Below, piece by piece: positions 49,848 to 60,796 of a stretch of DNA of 64,000 nucleotides. The position numbers and the translations under genes were made by a program. Each line of letters starts with the position of its first letter. Position 1 is the first letter of the stretch. The notes beneath the pieces are model-generated. The model had not been told where the DNA came from and did no database searches. It saw only the letters and a program-made list of their open reading frames with translations. The DNA comes from Acidilobaceae archaeon (lineage in GTDB: Archaea > Thermoproteota > Thermoprotei_A > Sulfolobales > Acidilobaceae), in NCBI GenBank assembly GCA_038824665.1, contig JAWBBK010000001.1, positions 192,001 to 256,000 of the forward strand. The letters are read 5' to 3'.

Positions 49848-51297
49848 TTAAGAAGAAACTCGAGAGTAGCTGTAAGTGTTTCGAAGCATTACTTGGAACG
49901 CGATTTTTACGCTATCTCCTGTGTTTAGCTCCATATAGAACGATTGGTATACTATCATTGGCATGAATCCACCTGGTTTGTTTGGATCAAGGAAACCAAA
50001 CGAACTCGGTTCTACAACAAACAGCACGTCGTTTAGACTACTCTCATCAAGTTCTCTTTTCTCGATCCAATGTCTTATCCTAACTTTGCCCATATCGGGC
50101 TCAGTGTAGTCCATTACAACAAAGTATGGAGCATCGGGCTCAGTAGAGTCTATGCCGTAAGATACAGAAACTCGCATACCTTTGCTGCCGGCGCTTATTC
50201 CAGCTATCATAGCGTATTGTATTTTATGAGCTGAAACCAAGTTTTTAGGTTACCAATCATCTAGAACTTGACCAGGCCACGTATCGCTTTGCCAGTGTAT
50301 AACGGTTTCAAAGAGCTTAGGGTAATGATTGTTAGTGAAGAGAAGACACTTCGTTTCAAACCCTTTACCGGCATGCATTGTGTGTACATACCACACATGG
50401 TACAGAGTTCCGGTAAGCGCTGTAACGTTACCGTAATAGTATCTAGCTATAAACATACTGTCTTCCAGTTTCCTCAAAACAGGCCTTTCCATATGTTGGA
50501 CGAGCGATCCATCCTACATATCCTACTAGCGTCATGTTAGTAGGTCCTGAGATTATGCTCTGATGAGATATACGCGCTTTAGGTGGAATCTCGCTTGGAG
50601 AGAGTAACCCGCTCCACTCTAGTATAGCGCCAAGCACTGTGTGAAAGTCCTTAAAGCTGAGAGTTTCAACAATTATTAACCCAGGAGGGTCAGCTGTGAA
50701 GACAACCATATCTGCGGTTTCGAGTACCGGATGAATAGGTCCTATTCCAAGCTTGTCGTCGCTTATCGGGTGGTCGGGACTAAGGAGGACTATGGGTTCA
50801 ACCCCGCTATAGCCTAGAGCTTTTTCAATTGCTGAATACGAGTCTATAGCTTCTGACCCTCTTATTTTAGGGTCAATATTCAAGTACACTATAACACATT
50901 TCTTACAGGCGTTTAAAATTTCCGATAGAAGCATAGTGTACTTAGATAAATCTTTTGTAACTTTTTCTGAGTGAACAAACACTATGGATCTCTCAAGGGG
51001 TCTCTAAACTTGACATCATCAAAGCCTAGCTGTTTTACAGCTGTATCGAGCTTTACGCTCTTCAAGAGCCTTGCGAATGTCGGCGGTAGATATTCTATAT
51101 AGTAAAACGAGACACTTCTTCCAAGATAGCTTAAGTCAACTTCGGTCGTGGAACTACTTACATACATCGTTAATGGTGTAGAAGGTAGGAAAAAGAATAG
51201 ACATGGTGATTACGATCGCTATTACTACAAGAACTACTGCTGAGAGCACATATATGATCTTGTTGCGTATCCCTCTGATGAGCCTCTGTAGGCTCAA
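49848..51297 (-). pseudogene. Fragmented secreted/surface protein gene
   Basis: TTG 51297 opens MSLQRLIRGIRNKIIYVLSAVVLVVIAIVIT... (signal/TM), followed by four abutting same-strand fragments in shifting frames. Confidence 0.6.
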
Positions 51298-51500
51298 GGA
51301 CGGCGTCCCCTGAGCCGATCTGGTAATATATGCGGAAAGCTATACATGTTTCTGTTCTGTAACGTCTCCTGCTCATGTTTGGAGCTCTCGAAACGATTCT
51401 GTAGGATCTTACAGCTAGAACAAGTCTTATGCTGGCTAGAAGCCTTTATCCACACAGCCCAGATTTTAGGTTTCTCTACTGGCATTTTTGGGTGGGCTCC

Positions 51501-53123
51501 GTGTCTGTCAGCAAGTATCTTTTTGTAACTGGAGGAGTCATGTCGAGCGTAGGCAAAGGGACTGTTGCAGCAAGCTTAGCGGTTCTGCTAGCTGCTCGAG
51601 GCTATAACGTCACGGCTATCAAGATAGACCCCTACATAAACGTTGACGCGGGAACTATGAGTCCTTACGCTCACGGAGAGGTATTCGTTACTGAAGACGG
51701 AGGAGAGACAGACCTCGACCTAGGACACTATGAAAGATTTCTACATACCAACCTTACTAAAAAGCACAACATAACTACAGGTCAAATATACCTAAGCGTC
51801 ATAATGAAAGAGCGTGAAGGAGCTTACCTAGGACAGACCGTTCAGATAATCCCACACGTCACTGACGAGATCAAGAACAGGATAAGAGAGGTGGTCAAAG
51901 GGTCAGGAGCTGATGTAGCTGTTGTTGAAATAGGGGGTACAGTCGGAGACATAGAGGGACTTCCGTTCCTCGAGGCAGCAAGACAGATGAGACTAGAGGA
52001 AGGCTTCGAGAACACTCTTTTCGTTCACGTCGCGTTAGCTCCTCAGCTTTCGACCACTGGAGAGGTCAAGACCAAGCCAGTACAACATAGCGTTCAAGAA
52101 CTCAGAAGGATAGGGATCCAGCCTGACATAGTGGTAGTGAGGTCTCAGAAACCGATAGATGTTGAGGCCAGGAAGAAAATAGCTCTTTTCGCTACGTTGC
52201 CAGAGGGTCACGTTTTCAACAGCTATGATGTAGACACGATCTACAGAGTACCCTTGATCCTGGAAGAGCAAGGACTAGGAGACCTCATATCGAAGAGACT
52301 AGGGTTGCTCCCCTCCAAGCCGAAGCTAGATGAGTGGAAGAGCTTTGTGGAAAGACTTGCCTCAGCTAGTAAGCCTATCACTATAGCTATGATAGGCAAG
52401 TACACCAAACTTAGAGACGCATATATCAGTATAGTGGAAGCTATCAAACACTCTTCAGCGAGTCTGGATGTAAAGCCCATCTTTCGCTGGATAGAGTCGA
52501 CAGACATAGAGTTGGGCAAAATCGATATCGAGAAAGAGCTAGAAGGGGTCGACGGAGCTCTAGTCCTGCCTGGCTTTGGAGTCAGAGGTGTAGAGGGGAA
52601 GGTTAAGGCTTTACGTATCCTGAGGGAGAAGAAGGTGCCTACTTTGGGCATATGTTTCGGGATGCAACTAATGGTAGTTGAGTTCGCAAGAAACGTTGTT
52701 GGACTGAGCGGAGCCAACACTACAGAGGTCGACCCTACAACTCCTCATCCTGTTGTCGACTTGCTGCCTGAGCAAAAAGGGCTTTCGAGACTAGGTGGAA
52801 CCATGAGGTTAGGCTCTCAACTCATAAAAATAAGACCTGGCACGCTGGCTTGGAAGGCCTACGGAGCTGAAATAGTCTACGAGAGACACAGACATAGATA
52901 TGAGGTTAACCCTAAGTACGTTGACATCCTGAATAGCTCTGGACTAATCACGAGCGGGCTCTCACAAGAGGGTCTAACGGAGATCGTCGAGCTATCCGAG
53001 AACTCACATCCATTCTACTTGGGGATTCAGGCACACCCTGAGTTCAGAAGTAGACCGCTTAAGCCTTCCCCTCTGTTTACGCTATTTCTATCTATAGCTG
53101 TTAAAAATAAAAGAAACGACTAG
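51501..53123 (+). CDS. pyrG: CTP synthase
   Basis: [33 protein letters not shown]; start probably GTG 51501. Confidence 0.97.
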   Translation: MSVSKYLFVTGGVMSSVGKGTVAASLAVLLAARGYNVTAIKIDPYINVDAGTMSPYAHGEVFVTEDGGETDLDLGHYERFLHTNLTKKHNITTGQIYLSVIMKEREGAYLGQTVQIIPHVTDEIKNRIREVVKGSGADVAVVEIGGTVGDIEGLPFLEAARQMRLEEGFENTLFVHVALAPQLSTTGEVKTKPVQHSVQELRRIGIQPDIVVVRSQKPIDVEARKKIALFATLPEGHVFNSYDVDTIYRVPLILEEQGLGDLISKRLGLLPSKPKLDEWKSFVERLASASKPITIAMIGKYTKLRDAYISIVEAIKHSSASLDVKPIFRWIESTDIELGKIDIEKELEGVDGALVLPGFGVRGVEGKVKALRILREKKVPTLGICFGMQLMVVEFARNVVGLSGANTTEVDPTTPHPVVDLLPEQKGLSRLGGTMRLGSQLIKIRPGTLAWKAYGAEIVYERHRHRYEVNPKYVDILNSSGLITSGLSQEGLTEIVELSENSHPFYLGIQAHPEFRSRPLKPSPLFTLFLSIAVKNKRND

Positions 53124-53149
53124 CTTCTGCTGAGACAGCATCTGGACTT

Positions 53150-53488
53150 CTATATCTCGAATACTATCTTTCTCGCTCTTAAGTTCACCAGCTTTCTGAC
53201 TCCTCTGTCTCCCGCTTTGTAGTAACTCGAGACGAACCCTATTTCCTCGAGCCTTTTGATCTGGTTGCTTATGTTAGCTTTGCTCTGCTTCAGCTCTGTC
53301 GCTAGGTCGTCTAGATCACGAGGTCCTTCGATTAAGAGTTCAAGGATCTTGGTTCTGGTCTCACTGGCTAGAGCTGAGGCTACTCGAGCTATGTATCTGC
53401 TACCTTTTACATATATCGTCACGCCTTCATCGCTCTCAATCTCAACGATCCCCTCTTTTTCGGACACAGTGCTCTTCGAAGACCCCAC
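53150..53488 (-). CDS. ArsR-family transcriptional regulator
   Basis: ALASETRTKILELL..LATELKQSKANIS HTH. Confidence 0.85.
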   Translation of the reverse strand: MGSSKSTVSEKEGIVEIESDEGVTIYVKGSRYIARVASALASETRTKILELLIEGPRDLDDLATELKQSKANISNQIKRLEEIGFVSSYYKAGDRGVRKLVNLRARKIVFEI

Positions 53489-53612
53489 TGTTCGCTCCCA
53501 GAGAGTAGATGAAAGAGCTTAGTTTAAAAGTTTACGTGTTAAAAAGTATAGCTGTTTTCGATTAGTCTAATATGAATAAGAAGCTTAGCTTTTTATTAAC
53601 TTTTAAGATGAG

Positions 53613-54515
53613 GTGCTCAAATCGCTTTGGAGAATAGTCGAGTCTTTAAGTGAGGACGAGGTGAGGATTCTCAAAACAGTTGAGAGTCTCTCGAACAAGT
53701 ATAAGCATGTACCTCTTAAAGCGATAGAGAAGAGGTCTGGAACGAGTCCTACTAGACTCGTTCGCGCTTTGAAGAGACTTGTCTCTCTCAACTTGCTCGA
53801 GTTGAGACTCGTCCCAGAACCCAGTTACGCTTTGACCTTCAGAGGACTCGACGTATTGGCTCTCGAGAGTTTGAAGTCAAGAGGGATCGTGATCGCTCTA
53901 GGTGAGAGGCTAGGTATAGGCAAGGAGGGAACGGCCTTTCTAGCGGTCGCACCTAACGGAGAGCGGTTAGTGGTTAAGCTCCACAGAGGAGGACTGAGAG
54001 GATTCAGGAGGATAAAGGTTTACAGAAGCTATGCAAGTGAAATCCCGGGAGACTTCATAGAGCTAGCTAAGGCTTCAGCGGAACGTGAGTTCAAAGCTTT
54101 AGTAGCTTTGAAGAGAGATGGAGCATTGGTTCCTGATGGCATAGCCTGGACCGCTCATGCCGTAGTCCAGGAGTACATCCCAGGAGTTGCTCTCTATAAG
54201 CTGAAGCCTGACCTGGTAGAACTTGATGTGAATAGACTCGCTGAAACGGTTATAGAAACGATGAGGATAGCTTACACCAAGACTGGGATAGTTCATGGAG
54301 ATCTCAGCGTGTATAATGTGTTAGTCGTCCTAGAGACTTCAGAGGGCTACGTAATAGACTGGCCTCAGTACGTTTACAAAGACGACCTTAGAGCTGAAGA
54401 GCTGTTGAGAAGAGACGTATACTATGTCATAAAGTATTTTAGGAACAAGTGGGGTTTAGACCTTGATGAAGAGAAGGTTCTAAAATATGTAAAGGGTGAG
54501 ATAGACGGACTCTGA
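53613..54515 (+). CDS. rio2: RIO2-type serine kinase
   Basis: N-terminal wHTH, GIGKEG, HGDLSVYN, IDWPQ. Confidence 0.9.
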   Translation: MLKSLWRIVESLSEDEVRILKTVESLSNKYKHVPLKAIEKRSGTSPTRLVRALKRLVSLNLLELRLVPEPSYALTFRGLDVLALESLKSRGIVIALGERLGIGKEGTAFLAVAPNGERLVVKLHRGGLRGFRRIKVYRSYASEIPGDFIELAKASAEREFKALVALKRDGALVPDGIAWTAHAVVQEYIPGVALYKLKPDLVELDVNRLAETVIETMRIAYTKTGIVHGDLSVYNVLVVLETSEGYVIDWPQYVYKDDLRAEELLRRDVYYVIKYFRNKWGLDLDEEKVLKYVKGEIDGL

Positions 54516-54528
54516 ACTCAAACTCTGT

Positions 54529-56475
54529 ATGGGTGTTGACATAGAGTCTGGGTCCCCTAGCGGGAGAGCTCTTTACTCGGTAATGATTGTAGATGATTTA
54601 GGTAAAGTGGTCTACAAAGGCGCGAGCGCACCGCTTTCGCGTATCGTAAGACTGGCCTGGGAGTATAAACCATCAGTCATAGCGTTGGACAACGTCTTTG
54701 AACTCGCGGATAGCGAGAAGAAGCTTATCAAAATATTCTCAATACTACCTCCCGAAGTGCGAGTTGTTCAAGTTACGGCATCTCAGGGAGAGCTGAAGAG
54801 CGTTAAGCACATAGCCAAAGAGTCAGGACTGTTGGAAGAGTCCGCTAAGCTCACTCCTTCAAGAACAGCGTACGTGTTAGCAATCCTATCCTGTCATGGC
54901 TACGGTACAGACGTCAGGGTAGTCGAAGAGAGGACTATAATCAACGTCTCCGGTCGGAGAATGAGTAGCAAGGGAGGATGGAGTCAACAGAGGTATCAGA
55001 GGAGGGTTAGAGCAGCTATACAGAGCGTAGCCGAGGTCGTGAGGGAGGCTCTAGATAGAGCCAAGCTAGACTACGACTATAGCTATAGAGAGAGTAAAGG
55101 AGGTCTAGAGTCAGCTGTCTTTACAGTGTACGCCTCTTACTCTAAGGTCTTGGAAGTGTTACCTAAGACAAGACATCCTGACGTAGCGATTAAGGTGAGA
55201 CCTGTAGTTAGAAGCAAGACGGTTTTCGCTAAGGCTGAGAAAGGAGGAGAGAGACTCATCATAGTGGGCTTGGATCCAGGAGTGACCACAGGGGTCGCAG
55301 TGCTCGACGCTAGTTCAGGAGAGGTCCTCTACGTAGGTAGCGGAAAGAACGTAGATAGAGGGAGCTTGATAGACTTAGTTCTAAGCTATGGCAGACCTGT
55401 GGTTGTTGCTACTGACGTAGTCGAACCACCTGAGACCGTTAAAAAGTTCGCTGCTCAGTTAGGGGTTTCGATCTACACTCCGTCCGACGATTTGAGCGTT
55501 ACAGAGAAGCTCGAGCTAACGTCTCATTATTCACAACTGTTGTCGAACTCCCACGAGAGGGATGCTCTAGCAGCTGCTTTAAAAGCCTATAGGATGGCTA
55601 GATCCCGCATTAAGAAAGTCGAGCGGATAGCCTCGAGACTGTCTCTAGACATAGACCTAAGCGAAGTCAAGAGGGAGATCTTGAGAGGAGCGACTTTAGC
55701 TGACGCTTTGGAGAAGATGATTCAGAAGGCTCTAGAAGAAGAGCCCACCAGAGAGGCGAAAGTGGAAGAAACGGTTAGAGAGAAAAGACAAGAGCCCGAC
55801 GTCAGTCATTACGTTGTTAAGATAGAAGAACTCAAAGAGAGGAACAGAGTTCTCGAAGCTCAGCTGACAGTCTTAGAGGAGAGAGTAAAAGAGCTAGAGA
55901 GCAAGCTTAGATCTCAACAGCTTGTCTTAAAAGCAGAACTCTTGAGAGACAGCGAGGTCGAAGCTCTAAGGTCTAGAGTAAAAGAGCTAGAAAGGGAGCT
56001 AGAAAGACTCAAACACGAACTAGAGGGGGTCTATACAAGAAAGAAGGAGCTCGAGAGAGTTCTGGAAAGCGTAGCTAGAGGAGAGGTGGTTGCTGTTGCT
56101 GTTGTGTCCTCAGCGACGCTTAGCGCGATCAAAGGAGCTCAAGGCTTTAAGGTGGTTACGGTAAAGAATCCCGGCACCTTCGAAGAGCGAGCAATCAAGG
56201 AAGCTATCAAAATGGGCATAGAGTGTTTTGTGCTAGAAGAGAAGGATCTCGATAGTCCTCTGGCCAGAGTCTTGACTAAGCACAGAGTTCCGGTGGTCAA
56301 AAAAGAAGGGATAGAAGTCTTTGCTCTCGATAATCTTTTGTTGTTCTCTCATGAAGTGTTGAAGAGGTGTTCTGAAGAAAAGACAAGATTAGAGAGAGAA
56401 ATAAGCTTGAGTGACATTGAGAGGATAGTCGAGGAGTATAGGAGAACTCTCGTCAAAGAGAGGAGACAACCTTAG
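54529..56475 (+). CDS. DUF460 domain protein
   Basis: GGWSQQRYQR, VGLDPGVTTG, HERDALAAA, long coiled coil. Confidence 0.88.
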   Translation: MGVDIESGSPSGRALYSVMIVDDLGKVVYKGASAPLSRIVRLAWEYKPSVIALDNVFELADSEKKLIKIFSILPPEVRVVQVTASQGELKSVKHIAKESGLLEESAKLTPSRTAYVLAILSCHGYGTDVRVVEERTIINVSGRRMSSKGGWSQQRYQRRVRAAIQSVAEVVREALDRAKLDYDYSYRESKGGLESAVFTVYASYSKVLEVLPKTRHPDVAIKVRPVVRSKTVFAKAEKGGERLIIVGLDPGVTTGVAVLDASSGEVLYVGSGKNVDRGSLIDLVLSYGRPVVVATDVVEPPETVKKFAAQLGVSIYTPSDDLSVTEKLELTSHYSQLLSNSHERDALAAALKAYRMARSRIKKVERIASRLSLDIDLSEVKREILRGATLADALEKMIQKALEEEPTREAKVEETVREKRQEPDVSHYVVKIEELKERNRVLEAQLTVLEERVKELESKLRSQQLVLKAELLRDSEVEALRSRVKELERELERLKHELEGVYTRKKELERVLESVARGEVVAVAVVSSATLSAIKGAQGFKVVTVKNPGTFEERAIKEAIKMGIECFVLEEKDLDSPLARVLTKHRVPVVKKEGIEVFALDNLLLFSHEVLKRCSEEKTRLEREISLSDIERIVEEYRRTLVKERRQP

Positions 56476-56517
56476 GGGAAAAAGCTTCTGAACAGGCTAT
56501 AGTGTTGGTGTAAAGGT

Positions 56518-57078
56518 GTGTCTCAGTTTGAGAGACTACAGGACGTTGCTGAATTCTACAGAATGCTACATCCTAGACCAGTGGTCTTGATAGTAACTAG
56601 ATGTCCCAACGGAAAGCTGAACGTAATGTCGGCCTCTTGGGTCACTCCTGTATCTGAAGAGCCTCCGTTACTGGCTGTAGCGATTTCTAAAGAGAGCTAC
56701 ACAACGTTATGTCTTGAACATAGTCTAGAAGCAACTTTAAACATCCCAGGAGCAGAACACGCCGACCTCGTGTATAAGGCTGGTTCCGTTTCGGGGAGAG
56801 AAATCGATAAAGTATCACAGTTCGGCATGAGGTTAGAGGAGTCTCTCAGTGTCTCAACTCCGCACTGGGCTGACGCTCTAGGCTATATTGAGGTCAGAGT
56901 CAGACATCGTATAGACGCTGGTGAGTCTTGGCTCTATCTCTTCGAAGTTGTTGTTGCTCACGTACGCTCAGAGCTGTGGAGCAAGTGGGGTTGGAAGTCG
57001 CCTCAAGCTGGACCTTTACTTCATGGAATAGGTAAAGCCTTCTATAAGCCAGGCCAGATGATCTTAAGCAGAGGATGA
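56518..57078 (+). CDS. Flavin reductase family protein
   Basis: LHPRPVVLI, NVMSASW.PVS.EPP, GSVSGR.IDK. Confidence 0.88.
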   Translation: MSQFERLQDVAEFYRMLHPRPVVLIVTRCPNGKLNVMSASWVTPVSEEPPLLAVAISKESYTTLCLEHSLEATLNIPGAEHADLVYKAGSVSGREIDKVSQFGMRLEESLSVSTPHWADALGYIEVRVRHRIDAGESWLYLFEVVVAHVRSELWSKWGWKSPQAGPLLHGIGKAFYKPGQMILSRG

Positions 57079-57082
57079 TGTA

Positions 57083-57135
57083 GGTCAGACCGTCGTGATT
57101 CAGTCACCGCTCATTTTGGGACGGCTTCTTCATCC
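57083..57135 (-). ncRNA. Box C/D sRNA
   Basis: C ATGAAGA, guide AGCCGTCCCAAA, D' ATGA, C' TGACTGA, guide ATCACGACGGT, D CTGA. Confidence 0.75.
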
Positions 57136-57149
57136 CTTTAAGCTTTTGA

Positions 57150-57203
57150 CTTCAGACAAATGCCTTCCGCTCATCTGCTCGCTGTCGGGAGTAGTCATCA
57201 CCT
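57150..57203 (-). ncRNA. Box C/D sRNA
   Basis: C GTGATGA, guide CTACTCCCGACA, D' GCGA, C' AGATGA, guide GCGGAAGGCATTTGT, D CTGA. Confidence 0.72.
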
Positions 57204-57238
57204 TACTCCTTATAGAGCTTCTCTAAGCCTATAACTGC

Positions 57239-59152
57239 TTAGGCGTTTCTAAGAACTTCCTCCACTTTTTTCTTCACTATTTCTGCAACAATCTTTCCAT
57301 CGACTCTTCCTCTTAACTTCTCCATGGCTTTCCCCATTACGTAGCTTACAGCTCTCTGTCCTCTCTTGAGTATCTCTTCTTTGTCCTCTTTAACTATAGA
57401 GTCTATTATGATCTCAGCTTCTTCGATAGAGAGAGCAGAGAGTCCCAACTTTTTCGCTATATCTCTAGCTGACACGCCTGGGTTCTTAGCGGCTTCTTCA
57501 AGGATCTTCTCTACAGCTTCTTTAGCTATAGCGCCTTCAGCGAGCATCTCAATGATCTCTCTCAAAACCTCATCGCTTACGTCTTCAGGATCGACGTTTT
57601 TGTTTTTCAGTCCTCTTAGAGTTACTACAAAGACCGAAGCTATAGTCTTAGGCGAAACTTTGTTTCCGTATTTCTCAATTAGCTCTTCGATTAAGTCTAG
57701 TCTTAAGTCTCTCAAAACCTCAAAAGCTAACTCTTTAGGTAATCCGTACTTGACTGTAAGCTTTTCGAGCTTAGACTTAAGAGGCTCTGGCTTGAGCTTC
57801 TCAGCTTCTTCTAGTAGCTCTTGAGTAATGAATATAGGCGGTATGTCTGTTTCAGGATACATTCTAGCGGCTCCAGGCCTTGGCCTCATGTACCTTGTTG
57901 TCCCATCTTCTAAAGCCATTCTAGTTTCTTCAGGGACTCCGTCGAAAGCCATCTTGATCCTCTCGAGAGCTGCCTGAAGAGCTTTGAGAGCTACCTCTCT
58001 TTTGTCTGCGACTATTATGAAGTTGTCTTCGTTATCACACTCTAGAGCTTTAGCTATCGTGTGTACCTCTTCTTCGGTAATCCCGTAGGCGGGTAGCTCA
58101 TCTCTATGGATTATTCCTGAAGCACCAGACCAGAACCTCACGTAGTCAGCTACCTCACTTCCAAACCTCTTTCCTGGTGAGAGTTCCCAACCTAAGATCC
58201 CTCTCATCTTGATGAGCTTGAGGCCTAGCGCTACGCCTCCTTTCTCAAAGGCTCTTCTAAGCACTCCGCTTTTCGTCTGTGAGAGCAAAGAGGTGAGGTC
58301 TACAGGATTGAGCTGAAGGTCACTTTTACTAAGCCCTCGTCTTTTGAGTTCTTCTCTCAGTCTCAGAAGGCTTAGTTGTCTGATCACCTCATTCTTCACT
58401 ATCTTGGGTATCAGTTCTAGCCTTTGTACACCCTTGATCTCGATCTTCGCTCCTCCTTCTATGCTTATATTAAGGTCTTGTCTTATCGTACCTATTCCTC
58501 TTTTTACTCTCTTGGTTAATCTTAACAACCTTCCTATAGCTAAAGCGACTTCAGCAGCTTCTTCAGGAGACTCTATGACTGGAGCAGTAGCTATCTCTAT
58601 CAGCGGTATCCCGAGTCTGTCTAACCTGTAGACAGCTACCTTTCCCTTCTCGTCTATCTTTCTAGCAGCGTCTTCCTCTAAACATATGGTTTCTATAGGG
58701 ATCGTTTTGTTTTCTAGCTCTAGCTGACCGCCTAGAGCTATCAGAGCTGTCCTCTGGAAACCGCTTGTGTTACTTCCGTCTATTACGATCTTTCTCATCA
58801 CGTAGACCTCGTCTACGATCTTAGAGCCTAAGGCTAAGGCGATGGCTAATGCTGTTTTCAGAGCCTCTCTGTTTAACTCGTGCGGAGGCTCTTCATCTAT
58901 TTCTACCAAGCATGAATGCTCTCTCCCTATCTCATACTCGTATGACCTTCCTCTTCTCCATTCGAAAAGAGCAGCTGGGTCTACGTCTCCTATCTCGCTT
59001 CTAGTAGGTCTTAATCTACGAGGTACTTTGTAGTCTACGTTTTCTGAAATAGAGCTAAGGCAGTCACAGAACAGCTTAGTTCTTACGTCTAGCTGTTGGT
59101 GAACCTCTAGACCGACTCTGAGCCCTATCTTCTTGTAGTCTATCTCAACCAT
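57239..59152 (-). CDS. gatE: Glu-tRNA(Gln) amidotransferase subunit E
   Basis: GLEVHQQL, DGSNTSGFQRT, LEED, RPRPGAARMYPETD. Confidence 0.96.
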   Translation of the reverse strand: MVEIDYKKIGLRVGLEVHQQLDVRTKLFCDCLSSISENVDYKVPRRLRPTRSEIGDVDPAALFEWRRGRSYEYEIGREHSCLVEIDEEPPHELNREALKTALAIALALGSKIVDEVYVMRKIVIDGSNTSGFQRTALIALGGQLELENKTIPIETICLEEDAARKIDEKGKVAVYRLDRLGIPLIEIATAPVIESPEEAAEVALAIGRLLRLTKRVKRGIGTIRQDLNISIEGGAKIEIKGVQRLELIPKIVKNEVIRQLSLLRLREELKRRGLSKSDLQLNPVDLTSLLSQTKSGVLRRAFEKGGVALGLKLIKMRGILGWELSPGKRFGSEVADYVRFWSGASGIIHRDELPAYGITEEEVHTIAKALECDNEDNFIIVADKREVALKALQAALERIKMAFDGVPEETRMALEDGTTRYMRPRPGAARMYPETDIPPIFITQELLEEAEKLKPEPLKSKLEKLTVKYGLPKELAFEVLRDLRLDLIEELIEKYGNKVSPKTIASVFVVTLRGLKNKNVDPEDVSDEVLREIIEMLAEGAIAKEAVEKILEEAAKNPGVSARDIAKKLGLSALSIEEAEIIIDSIVKEDKEEILKRGQRAVSYVMGKAMEKLRGRVDGKIVAEIVKKKVEEVLRNA

Positions 59153-60473
59153 GGTTCCACCTTGGGAACAAGTCTACATAGTGTCTTGACGAGATCTCTC
59201 CGACAAGGTTTGTCAACATCAATCTTCTGATCTCCTTCAAGTCTCTAGTTCTAGCGAGCGCCCAGCTTAGCTTGACATAAGCTACTTCTGCCAACATGTC
59301 TTCAGCAGGGATCACTCCGACTTCGAGCATCTTCCTTCCTGTGCTATAAACGTTCAAGTTGACTCTACCGAATATTGTTTGACTGGCCGCTACTACAGGT
59401 ATGTTGTTCTCTATAGCTCTCCTTACAGCGCTTATAGCGTCGCTAGATATGTGACCAAAGCCTGTACCTTCTATCACTATCCCATGAACTCCTTTATCTA
59501 CCAAAGCATCTATCACGTCGGCTACGTTTCCTGGAAAATGTTTTATGAGGACAACTCTTTCGTCAAAGCCGTTCTCATAGACAAGCTCTTGCTCTCCTCT
59601 CTTTCTAAACCTTGGGTCGATTATTTCTATCTTCCCCTCGTAGGGCCATATTTTGGCCAACGGAAGAGCGTTTATCGACTGAAATGCATCTCTTCTGCTT
59701 GTATGCATCTTCCTAACTCTGACTCCTCTATGAGCTAGCGCATAGGTATCTCCGGTTTCTCCATGCATAATGACAACCACTTCAGCAAACGGGGCTCTAG
59801 CGGCCGCTAGCGTAGAGGCGGTCAGATTAAACGCAGAATCGCTACTAGGTCTGTCGCTACTTCTCTGAGCTCCTGTGAGGACTATGGGAACAGGAAGACC
59901 TTTATGGAAAGCGAAAGCCAAAGCGGCGCTAGTGTAAGACATCGTATCAGTTCCATGAGTCACTACGACGCCGTCATAACCTTTAGAGATCGCGTCTGCC
60001 ACCTTTTCTACTATCGCGCTCCACATGTTAGGTTTCATATCCTCACTGAGTATCGAAAAAAAGCTCTCAGCGTCTATAGATGCGTACGCAAACATCTCCG
60101 GAACGCTTAGCTTCAACTCTTCAGGAGAGAGATAAGCCTTGACAGCTCCGGTTTCGTAATCTATTCTGCTTGCTATGGTGCCTCCACATCCTATTATTAG
60201 CACGCGTTTATCTCCTTCTTCTACCTTTTCCAAGAGAGGCACGGGAGAACCGGGCTGACCTCTTTCTGCTTTTTTAAGCTTCCTCATAGACTTGATGCGA
60301 TTGACTAAAAGGCCTAAGTTATAGCCGTTATTCAGCTTCAGAACAAGTACGTCTTCTCTCTTAGAGAACTTTGGCATTACTAGACCTTCTACCTTTAGCC
60401 CGTCTTTGGTCTCAATCTCTACGTAGTCTCCTTCTTCAATCCCGTAAGCTATCAGGAACTCTGAACTCTTCAA
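59145..60473 (-). CDS. gatD: Glu-tRNA(Gln) amidotransferase subunit D
   Basis: GGTIASRIDYETG, HGTDTM, QRSSDRPSSD. Confidence 0.96.
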   Translation of the reverse strand: MKSSEFLIAYGIEEGDYVEIETKDGLKVEGLVMPKFSKREDVLVLKLNNGYNLGLLVNRIKSMRKLKKAERGQPGSPVPLLEKVEEGDKRVLIIGCGGTIASRIDYETGAVKAYLSPEELKLSVPEMFAYASIDAESFFSILSEDMKPNMWSAIVEKVADAISKGYDGVVVTHGTDTMSYTSAALAFAFHKGLPVPIVLTGAQRSSDRPSSDSAFNLTASTLAAARAPFAEVVVIMHGETGDTYALAHRGVRVRKMHTSRRDAFQSINALPLAKIWPYEGKIEIIDPRFRKRGEQELVYENGFDERVVLIKHFPGNVADVIDALVDKGVHGIVIEGTGFGHISSDAISAVRRAIENNIPVVAASQTIFGRVNLNVYSTGRKMLEVGVIPAEDMLAEVAYVKLSWALARTRDLKEIRRLMLTNLVGEISSRHYVDLFPRWNHG

Positions 60474-60562
60474 GCGACATCCCTCTTCAAAGCTCCTACG
60501 AGCTTCTTTAGCTTTCTACAATCTTTTAAGCTTCGGCCTCTTTCTTGCTAGAGGTGTTTGAT

Positions 60563-60727
60563 GTGCCTACGCACGGGTCAATGACTAAAGCTGGTAAAGT
60601 CAGAAAAGCGACTCCCAAAATAGAGCCTAAACCAAAAGAGAGACCATCACCTAGAATAAGAAACAGGGAGAAGTACTTGAAGTTGTTAGAAAAGCCAACA
60701 GAGCCTAAGGCCGCTCTGAGCTTATAA
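60563..60727 (+). CDS. rps30e: 30S ribosomal protein S30e
   Basis: PTHGSMTKAGKVRKATPK; GTG start at 60563. Confidence 0.93.
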   Translation: MPTHGSMTKAGKVRKATPKIEPKPKERPSPRIRNREKYLKLLEKPTEPKAALSL

Positions 60728-60796
60728 TAGAGGACTTTTTTAGCGTTATTAGCTTTCAAAAAGGACCGATATCTTTCGGTGAGGTGAATTCGCTAA

